Origin: Octopus sinensis
Lineage: Eukaryota
Reading direction: 5' to 3'
DNA: 64,000 bases
NCBI RefSeq assembly: GCF_006345805.1
Contig: NC_042998.1
Location: 2,604,001 to 2,668,000 of the forward strand
Positions within the stretch are counted from its first letter, which is position 1. Each line of letters begins with the position of its first letter. Positions 51,301 to 64,000 of the stretch are shown in pieces. The notes below the pieces were generated by a model, which saw only the letters and a program-made list of their open reading frames with translations, was not told the DNA's origin and made no database searches. The translations under genes were made by a program, and so were the position numbers.

Positions 51301-51996
51301 GAGGCACTGCATTCAGCCTAAACAAAAATCTGCTAATTATAAACTGTATGTAGCCTAGTGGTTAGGGTTTTGCACCCACTGTCATAAAGATTGTGGTTTT
51401 GATTCCTGAACCAGGCAGTGTGTTGTGTTTCTGAGCAGTCCACTCAACTGTAAAGGAGTTCCAGCAATAGCTGGGAAGCTTATCCGGTGACGGACCAGCA
51501 TCCTGTTCAGTGGGGAGTGTTGTAATCTCAGCCATATGCCATGGGAACTGGGTTAAGATCCGGCTTAAGTCCTAAGGTTCATGAAAGACTGACTGAATAA
51601 TACATTAAACCAATCCTGGATTTGCCAGAATGACCTGAGAGCCTAATATCTCCTACAACAACTACACACACACACATACAAACCCACCCTGAAATGGGAT
51701 CAAAATAGTGCACACTCCATCACAGGTTGTCTAGACCAGTGATCTCAAAACCTTTTTCATACGCGATACACTTATATTCTTCTCAGAATTCAGTGGCACA
51801 CCTGAACTAAAAATATAGGATAAAAACTATATTCAGGTTACACTGTGGCACACCTAGCATCACCTCATGGGACACCAGTGTGTTGTGACATACTGGTTGC
51901 AGAGCAGACCATGAACAAAGTGAAATGAAATATTAAAAATGAAAGAACATCAGAACACGAGAAGAGAACAGTTTGTGAACATTACAATTCAGCCCT

Positions 51997-52216
51997 TACA
52001 AGAGGGGCTGAAAAGTTCCTGGCTTTAAGGGCATTGCGAAAGGCCTGGTTGGAGGCCCAACCTTCCAAGTTCTTTACAGGGTTTAGAAAAACCGGAGGAC
52101 TGCTGCAATAAGTGTGTGAATCTGAGAGGGAATATGTTGAATAAAATCATAATGAACAACTGATTCTCCTGTATTTCCTTTAGCCAAAAGCAAAGAACTT
52201 CTAAGCACCCTCATTA
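51997..52216 (+). mobile_element. Mariner-derived non-autonomous element
   Basis: TA-flanked TIR-like ends; carries the transposase C-terminus GLEKPEDCCNKCVNLR(G)EYVE* (mariner KC...GDYVE motif). Confidence 0.75.
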
Positions 52217-54141
52217 TATAATCCCTGCCACCACAATCACCATTTAGATATCCAGATATAGTTATTCCTTTCATTCGATCCAAGCAAAATAAGGAAAAAA
52301 ATAAAACAGTAGCAGCAACAATAATCCTTGTTTGGGGATAGCAGACCAATGCTAAGTATAAGAGAATGGCTATGACACATTCCAATCAAACCCAACACTA
52401 CTGTGGCCATAAGGAGAACCTACTTGGATGGAAGAAAATTCAACATGCCTTGTCTACCATACTGCTTACCATCTCATAAACTAGAGCAGAGTCTGATTAA
52501 AAGAAGGTGTATCTGGGACAATGGATCTGTGGAATGCACCAAAGAGATGCTCAGTCAGGGATAACCTGGAGCTAAACAACAAACAGAACACTGGAAGAAA
52601 CATAGCACTGATACACTGCATCCAGTAAGTACAGCACTTCAAGCACTTCCCTTCAAATTAGCTGGGCTTCTGCCTAAATTAGAAACAACTATTTTTATTA
52701 TTTTTAAGGCAGCAGAGCTGGCAGAATGATTAACATGCCAGGCAAAATGTCTAGCGGCATTTTGTTTGTCTTTGCGTTCTGAGTTCAACTTCCACTGAAG
52801 TCAACTTTGCCTTTCATGCTTTTGGGGATCGACAAATTAAGTTCCAGTGAAACACTAGAGTCGATGGAATCATCTGGGCTCCTCCCCCAAAATTTCAGGC
52901 CTTGTGCTTTTACTAGAAAGGATTATTAATAATAATAATAATAATATTCAAGGTAGCAAGCTGGCAGAATCATTAGTACACTGGGCAAAGTGTTTAACAG
53001 CGTTTCGTCTATATGTTCTGAGTTCAAATTCCACCGAGGTCAACTCTGCCTTTCATCTTTTCAGGGTCAATAAATTAAGTACCAGTGAAACACTGTGGTC
53101 GATGTAATTGACTAGTCCCCTCCCTCCAAAAAGGTCAGGCCTTGTACCTTTAATAGAAAGAATTATTATCATTGAGTGAGAGAGCAGCACATGCCATCAA
53201 AGTGACACTGAGGTATGAATATACAAAGCTCAATATACCCCTCGTGACTATCCATCAGAAAAAAAAAAGGCACAGGATTCATAAATTTTAGACTAAAAAT
53301 GCTTTTGTTGTCCAATGAAAACTGCATAATACCAGAACACTTTTCCATTTTTGTAGGTACAAGATATATATCTAAATCGTTCTAATATTTTCAGGTTCAA
53401 ATGCACACAAGAATTAATTGTAAATTATATTTCTCTCTCATCAATAGTATAAATTTTCGACTCAATAAATAAAATAAAACTTTTGTATGCAGGGCTCATT
53501 AAAAATAAGCATGACCATTGCTTGGAAGTAACGGCCCAAGAAAATCTACCTCAAATATATTACAAAGCAATAATATTCATTTAAGCAATAAACAAATATA
53601 ATTTTTCTTATAAAAAGATTAGTTTCTTTTACTCTTGAAATATCTAAAGTGTTTTAGAGAATAACAATAAAATAACTATAACCTACAGACATCTTCGAAT
53701 AATGTATATTGTAGATGGTAACACTTCAAGAATACTTGGATCAGTGACCTTTAAATATAAACCAAAGAGAATTGGTGGGGAGGGCTTGCACCCTTGCTTG
53801 ACAACCAGTGTCAATGTGTTTATGTTCCTGTAACTTAACAGTTCAGCAAAAGAGACCGATAAAGAACCATGCTTCAAAAAAGTAAATACTGGGGCCCGTG
53901 CATTCAATTAAAATCTCAAGGCCCCAGCACAGCCATGGTCAAATGACTGAAACAAGTAAAAGATAAAAGTTATAGAATGTGCTCATTCCAAAGACAATAA
54001 GGGATGAATTGGTTGCCATTTCTAACAGTGAAGTGATCACACGTACATGTAGCTTTGTTAGTTCCTATTTAATGCATCACCTTGATATACAATTATATAC
54101 TCAGTATGAACATCAGATTGGATATTAAAAAGCAAATTTAC

Positions 54142-54203
54142 CAGTGACCAGGCAGGGGCTGAAGAAGATCGTTTTGAACTATCCAAACATTTGGAAGATT
54201 GGA
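54142..54203 (-). CDS. RhoGEF exon 3 (62 nt, phase 1-0): (V)QSSKCLDSSKRSSSAPAWSL
   Basis: ttttctcattccag acceptor, CTG|gtaaat donor; open frame, phase consistent. Confidence 0.82.
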
Positions 54204-54313
54204 CTGGAATGAGAAAACAGAAAAGTTAATTATTACAAAAGAAATACACATAGTCACTAATAAGGCAAAAAATTAGTAACCGTCTTACATTTTGAATTTT
54301 TTTTTTAAATCAT

Positions 54314-54542
54314 TTAATCCTTTCGTTACCAACCCGGCTGAAACCAGCTCTGGCTCTGTAGTACAAATGTCTTGTTTTCATAAGTTTTGAATTAAAATCT
54401 TCCACCAAACCTTAGTCACAATTTATGTTCCTAACACCAGCTGAATGATAACTAAGTTATTTTACTAAATTCCTTGTTATATTTAAAGTAATTGAAAGAA
54501 ATACAGAGCATCCCAAAATAAATACAGTAACAAAAGGGTTAA
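54314..54542. mobile_element. Second piggyBac-type MITE family
   Basis: TTAA-tccttt...aaaggg-TTAA termini, unrelated interior. Confidence 0.75.
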
Positions 54543-55200
54543 AACTGATAAAATAATTTTATCATACTTTTAATTCTTATAGATGAGAAAGACTTATTGG
54601 CGGCGGCAGGAAATGAATAATTAAACAAGTCTGTTTGGATTTCAGTATTAATATTTTATGAAACGATATTGTTATTTATCTAAAATATAAGAAATAAAAA
54701 GTGTAGCAGTAATCGGTAAGTTATTGTATAGAGTTATATAGATCGGGATAAACTCACAGATCTACTTTTCCCCAAAGAAATGTAACTGCCAATTCAAAAT
54801 GTCAACATTTTGAACAGAATTTGGCATTCTGCTGAATTAAAATGAAATCCAATGAGCATATACAGCGAAGACTTTTATTATTAATGTTTAAGATTACAGG
54901 AGCCAAGAATGGAAGATAAAAAAAAAAAAGTTGCCTTCGAAGAATTCCAAATATACATATATGAAATATAAGGACTGAGCCTTTCTACAATAAGCACAAG
55001 GCCTCAAATTATTTGGCAGGAGGCATTGCATCAACCCCAGTATTTGACTGGTACTTATTTTATTGACCCCCAAAAGACGAAAGACAAAGTCAACCTCAGT
55101 GAAATTTCATCTGAGACCATAAAACCGGAAGAAATGCAGCATAAAGATTTGTAAATGAAATGCAATGTAACAAAAATTACAGCATATAATGGAAACTAAC

Positions 55201-55261
55201 CTGGAGCACTTGGATACTGCTTCTCTCGAAGACCATGATTGCTGCCTTCTTGAAGTGTTGC
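55201..55261 (-). CDS. RhoGEF exon 2 (61 nt, phase 0-1): ATLQEGSNHGLREKQYPSAP
   Basis: ttcttttaacag acceptor, CAG|gttagt donor; phase fits both neighbours. Confidence 0.82.
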
Positions 55262-55879
55262 CTGTTAAAAGAATTGAAAAGAGACGATATTTTATTTACA
55301 ATAGCTGACAAGTCTATAAACAAAATACGGTTTACCTCCTCCAAAATGAGCAAATTATTTTCAAATATTATAAATTATATAAGTTCAAGTTATGGAGTTT
55401 CTTATAACCCATTAGAACACCACTGAAGATTCTATCCCCATAGAGTGATATCAGAGGCAAGTCGGTTTATCAAATGCCACCCCCTCTTCAAAAAGGAGTT
55501 GAACTCAGAACTAAAAGCAATGAAAACCATATATCAATTCTATTATGCCACTTTTGCTTGCAGTAGAGAATTATTTCTACTTTGCAAAGATTAGGGCATT
55601 TAACAGTTCAAGGTCTAGGCAACAGATACCAGGCAGAACTTAACCATTCCTATATACTATGTTAAACATAAAAATAAAAAGATGAAAATTGAAATGTTAA
55701 TAAAAAAAAATATGAGACAGATTAAAGTTTCAAGTTATTCAGAAATATACATTCTTGAATACACCACTTGTATTTTAAGTAAGAAAGGCTTGTTTTATCA
55801 CAAACAATAAATTTTAATAGTCTTCTGGACTTCTGTAACTATTCCCATCCGTTATTTTTAATTGTCCAACAGTTGAAAG

Positions 55880-56130
55880 CAGTGGTTCTCAACTCGGGTC
55901 CAATATGACCTTTCAGGGTCCATACCAGATTTTCTTGTGAAAATTTATATGCAATAAATTGATTATGCTTTTGCAATACACAACATATTTAAAGCTTTAT
56001 TTTTATAGAATTCCTAACAATATTAAATTGTAAAAATATAATAGGATTTTTTAAACGGCTATGAGAGTCCACCCAAGTAAAATAGGAATTAAAGGGATTC
56101 AGAGGTAAAATAAATGGTTGAGAACTGCTG
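55880..56130. mobile_element. hAT (Charlie-like) MITE
   Basis: TIR CAGTGGTTCTCAAC / GTTGAGAACTGCTG; imperfect 8-bp TSD gttgaaag/gtctaaag. Confidence 0.75.
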
Positions 56131-57175
56131 GTCTAAAGCATTAAAAGAAAGATGCTTTTATAAAATTAGGCAACATATATACACTGAATACAAATTTCTG
56201 AACTATAATGAAAAATTACTAACTCAGCCATAAGCTTTGGTAATCTGTGCTTAACCCTTTAGTGTTTAAACCGGCCAAATCCAGCCCAATATATTCTACA
56301 TGTTTTATATTCAAACTGGTGATATCTAGCCTCTCACTCCTAACCTACAATGCCATTCTGAAAATAAACAATCACATCACTGAAACCTCAAAGCTATAAG
56401 ATAATGCATGATTAATTCAAAACAATTTGAGTGAAAAAGTATTACATTTAACAGAGTAACCTGAACACTAAAGGGTTAATTTTCATATTGATCATCAACA
56501 AAATGTCTATTTCACCCTACTTGCATGGATCAGATGGGATCTGCTGCAGCAGATTTTCTACAGCCAGACACTCTGACTCTCATCAACTCTCACTTGTTTC
56601 TAAGCAGGCGAGGGTTGAGATGAGAGGCAGAGTGTCTCTTCTAATTCAGACATGCTTTCAAAGGAGATTGGAAACAAATACACCACTTGTAAGATGATGT
56701 TTCTTTACAATTAGTGCATGTTGTCAAGGTTAGAACACACACACACAATGGGTTTCTTTTTGGTTTCTGCCAGCCAAATTCACTCACAATGCTTTGGTCA
56801 GACTGTTGCATATGTTGCACACTGAGACTGAACTCAAAACCATGTGGTCGCTATACCTGCACCGATTAATATGTAAGGCAGCTTCATAAATTTATAAAAC
56901 TAAACACCCAAACAATTCATTTTATGTTTGTTTATTGGAAAGGTTCCTTGCTATATACATTTGATATCTCTCTTTTACTCTCTTTTACTTGTTTCAGTCA
57001 TTTGACTGCGGCCATGCCGGAGCACCACCCTTAATCGAGCAAATCAACATCGGGACTTATTCTTTTTGCAAGCCCAGTACTTATTCTATCGGTCTCTTTT
57101 TGCCAAACCGCTAAGTGACGGGGACGTAAACACACCAGCATCGGTTATCAAGCAATGCTAGGGGAACAAACACAG

Positions 57176-57233
<58 letters not shown>

Positions 57234-58081
57234 GACAGGCTTCTTTCAGTTTCCGTCTACCAAATCCACTCACAAGGCATTGGTCGGCCCGGGGCTATAG
57301 CAGAAGACACTTGCCCAAGATGCCACGCAGTGGGACTGAACCCGGAACCATGTGGTTGGTTAGCAAGCTACTTACCACACTGCCACTCCTGTGTGCAACT
57401 TCATAGAAATGACAAACAGTAAACTAAATTAAAGACATATTTGAATTATCAAATTCTTAAAATATAAAAATAAAGCCAACAACATCGTTAAACTATGTCT
57501 ATTAATTAATTTGCTTATGTGTGAGAGTTTTAAATGTAAATTCTTTTCTTTAAAGTATAATTTAAACTAAATCATTCAATTCAATAAAATAAATACATAA
57601 AACTGACACTAATTTGGAGAATGTTTACTAACTGCATATAATCTATAGGTCAGATTAAAAGAGAAAAATCAATTATATCAATATTCTCTGCATAAGCCCT
57701 TCAAAGCTTTTTTTACATTTCTTTTCCAGGCAAAATCAAATATTTGCTTAGTAAACAAACTGACTGCAACCACAGTTTGTTCAGTCAGGATTCGACAACA
57801 AACAATGTTGAGTATAGAGTATCAAATCAATTTATGTCAAATCTGTGAAAACAGACAGAATAGGTGTCTAACAGAAACCAATGAGATAACAATCAACCAA
57901 TCAAAGCACAAAGGACAGTTTTTTTTCTTCTTTTCTCTCAGTAAAAAAAAAAAAAAAAATCAATTTCGATTGTCAATGTTATACAGCATTATGCTTATAC
58001 ACCAATATTTATTCACATAACCTTGGAAGTGTATTCAGTTAAAGTTAATAGGGAAGAATTTCAAATGCCTATCAGCAATAT

Positions 58082-58550
58082 ATCATCATCATCATTTAGC
58101 ATCCGTTCTCCATGCTAGCATGGGTTGGACGGTTCAACTGGGGTCTGGGAAGCCAGAAGGCTGCATCAGGCCCAGTCTGATCTGGCAGTGTTTCTACGGC
58201 TGGATGCCCTTCCTAATGCCAACCACTCCGTGAGTGTAGTGGGTGCTTTTTACGTGCCACCCACACAGGTGCCAGACGGAGCTGGCAAATGGCCATGAAC
58301 GGATGGTGCTTTTATGTGCCACCGGCACGGGGGCCAGTCGAGGCTGGCAGCGACCACGAACGGATGATGCTATGTGCCACCGGCACGGGGGCCAGGCGAG
58401 GCTGGCAACGGACATGAGCGGATAGTGCTTTTACGTGCTACCGGCACGGAGGCCAGTCGGGGTGGCGCTGGCAACGGCCACGATCAGATGGTTCGCTTAA
58501 CCACAGCTGGATTTCCATTGATGTTGATCGACTTCGATTTTGGTTCTGCT
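58082..58550 (-). mobile_element. RTE 3'UTR copy with about 4 VNTR units
   Basis: (CAT)n + ccatgctagcatgg hairpin + ggatgcccttcct core; units at about 58243, 58306, 58366, 58426. Confidence 0.88.
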
Positions 58551-59204
58551 TTCTGATATCTGATTTGATTTGGTTTGATTTTGATTTTTATGTGAACTAA
58601 TTTGTCACAATAACACAATCAATCATATATTTTAATATTTTGGCTTCATTCGCAAAGAATAATTTATAAAAAACAAATTATACACACAGAGTGTGTACAA
58701 ATAATACACTGGATAAATTTTTAATAATTTTTTGCAATATCCTTAATTATTGAAAATAGGTTATAACTATTACTTGTTGTATTACCAACAAAAGATAAGA
58801 TCTCATATGAAATATTTGGTACCAGAAGCTTGTTTTAGTTAAAAATATAGTTACCTTTAATTATAAGAGACTAAACTAAGAAAAACAAACAGAAAAGACT
58901 AAAATTAGTCTACTGAACGAGAAATAGATAAGCGATCTGGTTCTGCTGGATGGAAACTGAAAACTTATATAAACATTGGTGATACATCAAAGACAATTAG
59001 TTATAATAACCTGAAATAGCTAAAAGCTAGTTTAATCAGTCTAGAAATAACTTCAAGTAAAAAACTGGTTCATACCCAAATGTAGTCAAAATGATAGTGG
59101 GAGGGAGTGGAGGGCAGAGGAAAAAAAAAACAGTCCAAAATATCAAATATTCAAAAGTAACTTCTATTAGTAATTTCTAATGTATCAGGAGATTAGGTGC
59201 AAAG

Positions 59205-59665
59205 GTGGCCATGTGGTAAAATGTTTGCTTCCCAGCCACATGGTTACGGATTCAGCCATGTGGCACCTTGGGGAAATGTCTTGTACCGCAGATCAGGGCC
59301 AACCAAAACCGTATTAGATTTGAAAGATGGAAACTGAAAGAAGCCTGCCGTAGTGTGTGTCTGTGTATGTGTGTGAGTTTGTGTTTGTATGTATGTCTGT
59401 ATGTCTCTCTCTCTCTCTCTCTCTCTCCCCCCCTTGTCTTGACATTGCATGATAGTTGTAAAATGACTGTCAGTGTCATACAAGTAGTGCCAATCATTTC
59501 CAAAATTCTGCAAGAACATACCTGGCAATGGGGAAATATTATCTTTATTGGAAATAGGTGAGATTTGGCAACAGGAAGGGCATCCAACAATAAAAATCCT
59601 GTCTCAATAAACTCTGTCCAACCCATGCAAGCATGGAAAGGTGAACATTAGAATGATGATGATGG
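59205..59665 (+). mobile_element. Same SINE head and core with tail type 2 (RTE-like end). Other copies: 17215-17680(-), 18940-19290(-), 27945-28322(-), 46200-46497(+), 21450-21800(-), 15580-15900(-), 56500-56850(-)
   Basis: Head and core match tail-1 copies; after the microsatellite the sequence differs and ends ggcaacaggaagggcatcca...acccatgcaagcatggaaa...(GAT)n. Confidence 0.8.
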
Positions 59666-61719
59666 TGTGGTGCTCATATAAAGTCAAAAGATTTTTTTTT
59701 TAAATTCACAATTTTTACTGAACAGATTCTCACAAATACCAACTCTGAATCAGTTTTCCTAATGATTTACACATCTATAACTCACCTCTATATTAATACA
59801 GGTATCCAAAAGCTATTAAAATGTTTTCTCAATTGCTACCAACAAACCCATCCTATATTTTCTTTGTTGCAAATAATTTCACAAATATTTTTCATCCCAG
59901 TAATCATATATCTAATTTCTCTCCAAACATAGCATATCCTCAGCTTCCAATTCACCAGCATACAATATCAGAGAAGTTCATTCATTTTAAAGTACTCTTT
60001 TCCAAATATCTTTAGAGTATGATAGACCCTAACTCCACTGCTTATTATCAGTTTCACTTCCAACATTATTTCAAATAGCTAAGGTAACACAACTTATTTT
60101 CTGCTTGCAGTGATTCATTACTACAGATAATGGCCTTAACAGAAGACTTTGGCACTCTGCCTATTGCGTCAGAACATTTTGAACACTTGAGGTGTTGGTG
60201 AACCATCAGTCAACAGGAATGCCACTACAGCTCTTGCACATGTACAGACTGCATTACTCCTACACACAATTGAAATTTTACTTACTATATTGCATTACTT
60301 AACAAGGAAAATCCAGTTATTCTATCAAAATCATGATCACTGATTTCTCATCATTCCCTCTTTTTTTTCTTCACTATCTAACCTCCAATGTTATGGACTC
60401 CTTTTTCCTTCTCCTTCAGGTTATATACAGCTTCAAGCTAAACGGTCCATCTGCTTTTAACGTGTTCATCTCTTTTAGTTAATAACTCATCAACGTAGCA
60501 CTTCAGTGTGAATCTCCTTAAAACACAAACTAATTACTTTTCATACAATATGTTATTGTTTAGTCACAGGCCAGTCCTGATCAAATGGACCGATGATGAA
60601 AGGCATTCCAGCATGACCAATCCATCTTGTCTTCAAGAATTGTATACCCCAGGCCATGCAATTGTTTAAAGATGGTGGTGCATAATTTGAAGTCAATTTT
60701 AGCAGCTATTTCTAGTATATCAACCAAACAGATAGCAGCTTCTTTGATTTGTCGATAAAAAAGAGAGTTCAAAAATTTCAAGAAATATTCCAAGAATTCT
60801 TTGGACAAAGAGCACAACAATATATGGTCTCAGTTTGAATGAAAAACTTCCAGTTAGAAGATTTTGCAGAGCCTCCAAGACTGAAGCCACAGACCTGACC
60901 TGAATGCTTGCAACAGAGGCAACTCTGTTAAAGACACCAAAGGTGCCAGATGATGGAGTTCTTTATCCTATCCAACCAAGTTTCAATGAATAGGTTATGC
61001 CAATTCAGGAATAGGTAAATTGTAATTGTTTTTGTTCGTTTGAACACAGAGGTACTAAGTTTAACGAGAATTGTTTCATTAAAATCACCAGAAAGAAAAA
61101 GTTATTTTCATGAAGATATAGCAGCAACATTTACTTATTTCTGACATTCTTAAAAATAAAGTTTTAAAATGGTATTCTTTCATGTCTTTTCTTTAAAAAA
61201 ACAAAATGTTCACAAGAAATGTCCTGCTAAGTCATAATTGTTCAAATTTAAAACTGAAATAAATAAAATAATTTTTTACACAATAAATTTCATTAACCTT
61301 ATAATTAAAAATTTGTTTCTTCACAAAAGTTTTTTTTTTTTTAAACTTAGTGTTAAAGTGTAAAAGATGATTACCACTTAAGCATTTGGATTAATCTATC
61401 ATATGCAATGCTTATTTACACTGTTTTGAATTTATCATATATTATCTTGTAGCTTTGAGATTTCAGTGATGTGATTGCTTATTTTTAGAATGACATAGTA
61501 GGGTACACGTGAGGCCTGGTCTGCCCACTTTGAACATAAAACAGGTAGAAAATTTTGGCCTCATATGGCCAATTTAAATACTAAAGGGTTAATGATGGCT
61601 CACTTCATTTCCAGAAAGATTATTAGAATTTACCTTAACCTCAGAAATGTGATATAGTTCATTTTCTTTCTTTCTTTTATAATTAGTTAGAAAACAAAAG
61701 GCAGTATCTATGACCCCTG

Positions 61720-61940
61720 TAGGCTCTACTAGGGTGGTTAGGAAGTCATTGTAGTTGATGTACGGATTGAATTTCTTTAGGTGAAGGAAACATGGGAAGG
61801 AGGTGAATTCCAGAGAGGAGTGCAATTCTAACAGGAAAGAATGGAGTGTTTGGTGCAAGATTTGAGTAGGAAAACGAAATAAGGGTGAAGAGAAGAGAAC
61901 AAAATGGACACACTGAGGAAGGCTAAGGCAGAGATCGTTC
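61720..61940 (-). mobile_element. Possible old Jockey/CR1-group LINE 3' remnant
   Basis: Pyrimidine-rich, with decayed HPY...SFF...LWNS.PSHV-like coding traces. Confidence 0.35.
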
Positions 61941-62109
61941 AAAATTAATAAGTGTGGAGAGACAGAAAGAAGGAATAGTTTGTCTCTGAGTCACCAGTTG
62001 TCTTTGCTAAACAACAGTCTAAAATATTTATTGCACAGTGACAGCACAACCCAAACAGGTTAGCAGGATACAAAAAGGGAGTCAGAATAATCAATCTTAA
62101 AGTCATTTC

Positions 62110-62598
62110 GAGTGATGGACCTCACGGAGGCAAAGTGGCTGAGGTCCTTTCGAACACGCCTAACAGAGGTGAGGTGGCTGAGTACCTTTCGAATGGGCCT
62201 TACAGAGGCGAAGTGGCCAAGTTCCTTTTGAACAGAACTCACGGAAATGAGGTGGCTGAGTTATTTTCAAGCGTTGGGCCTTGCTTGTGGAGGCATAGTG
62301 GCTGAGCTCCCTCTGAGTGTTGGGCCTTATGTTGTGCTTGGGAAGAGGACCTATCAAGCCAAGCAAGATTGAAATTATGGCAGATACCGATGTCAAGCAA
62401 ATGGCATCCATACCGGTGGCACATAAAAGCACCCATTACACTCTCGTAATGGTTGGCATTAGGAAGGGCATCCAGCTGTAGAAAACCATGTCAAATCAGA
62501 CTGGAACCTGGCACAGCCTGCCAGTGTGCCAGCCCAGTCAAACCCTCCAACCCATGACAGCATGGACAACGGATGTTAAATGATGACGATGATGAAGA
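62110..62598 (+). mobile_element. Older RTE-type 3'UTR preceded by a different 39-bp tandem repeat
   Basis: GTGGCTGAG units at 62135, 62174, 62213, 62252, 62298, followed by the family core and (GAT)n tail. Confidence 0.75.
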
Positions 62599-63053
62599 TG
62601 GGTCAGAATAAGTGATCAGCACTGAAATATTTTCTCACACCTAAGTGGAAACCTTGTCTTTAGGATCCTGTTTTGGCAATGTTACATATGAGGTCACCAA
62701 GGGGCATCGTTAATGAATATTTGCATGCCAATGATACCAAATTGTCAAACTCCCCAGTATGATGCAAATTTTTCAATCGCCAAAGAGTCATCACTGTCAT
62801 GAAATATTCTAATGGTTGAGAGACTCAGGATACATTAAAAAAACCACTCATTCTTCACAGAATAAACAGAATATTTCCTCATACAGAATTAACTAGAAAC
62901 TGATCAGTGTTTGCTAGATGAAAAATAAAGAATTATATGTTTGGGTTTTCCTTTTTCTTTGAGTTTTTTTGTTGTTGTGTAGTGTCCCATTTCAGAATAA
63001 ACATGCAGATTCATCGCTTTAAAACAATTATAATAAATATTATCAACTCTTAC

Positions 63054-63127
63054 CTTGGATTTGCTCAGTTTTGAACAAGGAGGAATATGTTCTTTACAGG
63101 AACTTTCATGAACATTGATAAGACAGT
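63054..63127 (-). CDS. RhoGEF exon 1 in window (74 nt, phase 1-0): xCLINVHESSCKEHIPPCSKLSKSK, end of C1 zinc finger
   Basis: tttctttatttcag acceptor, AAG|gtaaga donor; C-x2-N-V-H-x3-C-x6-C pattern. Confidence 0.92.
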
Positions 63128-63299
63128 CTGAAATAAAGAAAGAAAAATTTGGCTAAAATGAAATTGGACAGGACAAATATACCAATTAACAACTGAAATA
63201 CATAATTAAATCAATATAAATGATCATATAGGAAATCAGTATTATTCAATTAGAGAAAGTGAAACAGTTTTATCAAATCCTATGAAGGTTATTATTGTT

Positions 63300-64000
63300 T
63301 TAATGGTTTCAGTTGCCAGGCTGCGGCCAGGCTGGAGCACCGTCTTAATTTCTTTCTTTTTTTTTTAAAGTTTTGCGGTCACATTATGATTGAAAGTTGG
63401 TTGATGATCAAGTTTGTAGTTGCTGATCTCCCCTCAGTGTATCGTTGAATAGTTGGTTAGTCCAGTATTGTCGTTAGGAGTTCATCCAACAGTTTTTTTG
63501 AAAGTTTCAGTAGAGGTCTCTTTTATATTTCTCATCTCTTCGGGTAAAATAGTTCAATACTTGAGGACTTCTGAATATTAGACAGGTACAGTAGAGGGTT
63601 TTTGTTTGTGAGTTTGAAGAAGGTATATGTGGAAGCTGACGGTACCTACCAGTTTGAGCATTAAAATTCACTTTAATACAGATGTTCGGAACCTGCCCCT
63701 CCACGATCTTCCATACATACATAATAGTATATCTTTCTCTTTGGTGTTCAAGAGAGTAGAGGAACAGAGCTTTCAGGCATTCCTAATAATTAAGGCCATT
63801 AACCAAAGTTATTTTACTGGTCAATGTTCTTTGTAACCCTTCAGTTTCTTCTATGAAACCAGGTGAATTTGGTGACCAAAGCTGTGAGCGGTAATCCAAT
63901 CTGCTCAGAACTAAGGTTTTCCATAAAGTTAGCATAACCACGGGTTCTCTTGTCATGAAGGTTCGTAGGATCCATCCTGTGAGATGTCTGCATTTAGAGG
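63300..64000 (-). mobile_element. Older CR1-like LINE copy of a related family, runs off the window
   Basis: GWILRTFMTREPVVMLTLWKTLVLSRLDYRSQLWSP...LYSLEHQRERYTIMYVWKIVEG with stops; same 3' tail motif at about 63310-63340. Confidence 0.88.

Larger units (their letters stand above)
3801..63127 (-). other. AKAP13/ARHGEF18/ARHGEF28-like: Partial multi-exon gene: Lbc-family Rho guanine nucleotide exchange factor (C1-DH-PH); 19 coding exons in window, 5' and 3' ends outside window
   Basis: Manual exon assembly. All 18 introns are GT-AG, phases are consistent, and the 1800 nt contain no stop. Family motifs: CLINVHESSCKEHIPPC (C1 end), ESLDE..EAWSISVD..KRQDHIYELVLTE (DH start), IPDFLLIVTHRLTKYP (DH CR3), RKLIHEG..W and LLVRE..GIYLIS..PEMYEL..WI (PH). 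Exact paralog cannot be assigned; invertebrates typically have one co-ortholog. Confidence 0.95.

Overview
AT-rich metazoan genomic DNA, most likely Octopus (inferred from the repeat families and microsatellite style; no database search was run). Nearly the whole window is the interior of one minus-strand gene, an Lbc-family RhoGEF (AKAP13/ARHGEF18/ARHGEF28/ARHGEF2-like). I assembled 19 GT-AG exons (63127 down to 3801, 1800 nt, about 600 aa) that join with consistent phases. They encode the end of a C1 zinc finger, a linker, the DH domain, the PH domain and the start of the post-PH region. Both gene ends lie outside the window. Introns are packed with mobile elements: RTE LINE 3' ends with an internal VNTR and (GAT)n tail, CR1-like LINE fragments, several tRNA-derived SINE families, piggyBac/hAT/mariner MITEs, non-autonomous Helitrons and a probable Penelope remnant. 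There is no CRISPR array, rRNA or real tRNA gene, and almost all supplied ORFs are repeat artefacts. I found no clearly new standalone system. The best leads are a candidate intronic-polyadenylation isoform ending in an amphipathic helix, a double-hairpin VNTR in an RTE 3'UTR, one SINE head carrying either of two tails that match two LINEs in the window, a near-identical inverted repeat pair, and a degenerate hammerhead ribozyme candidate.
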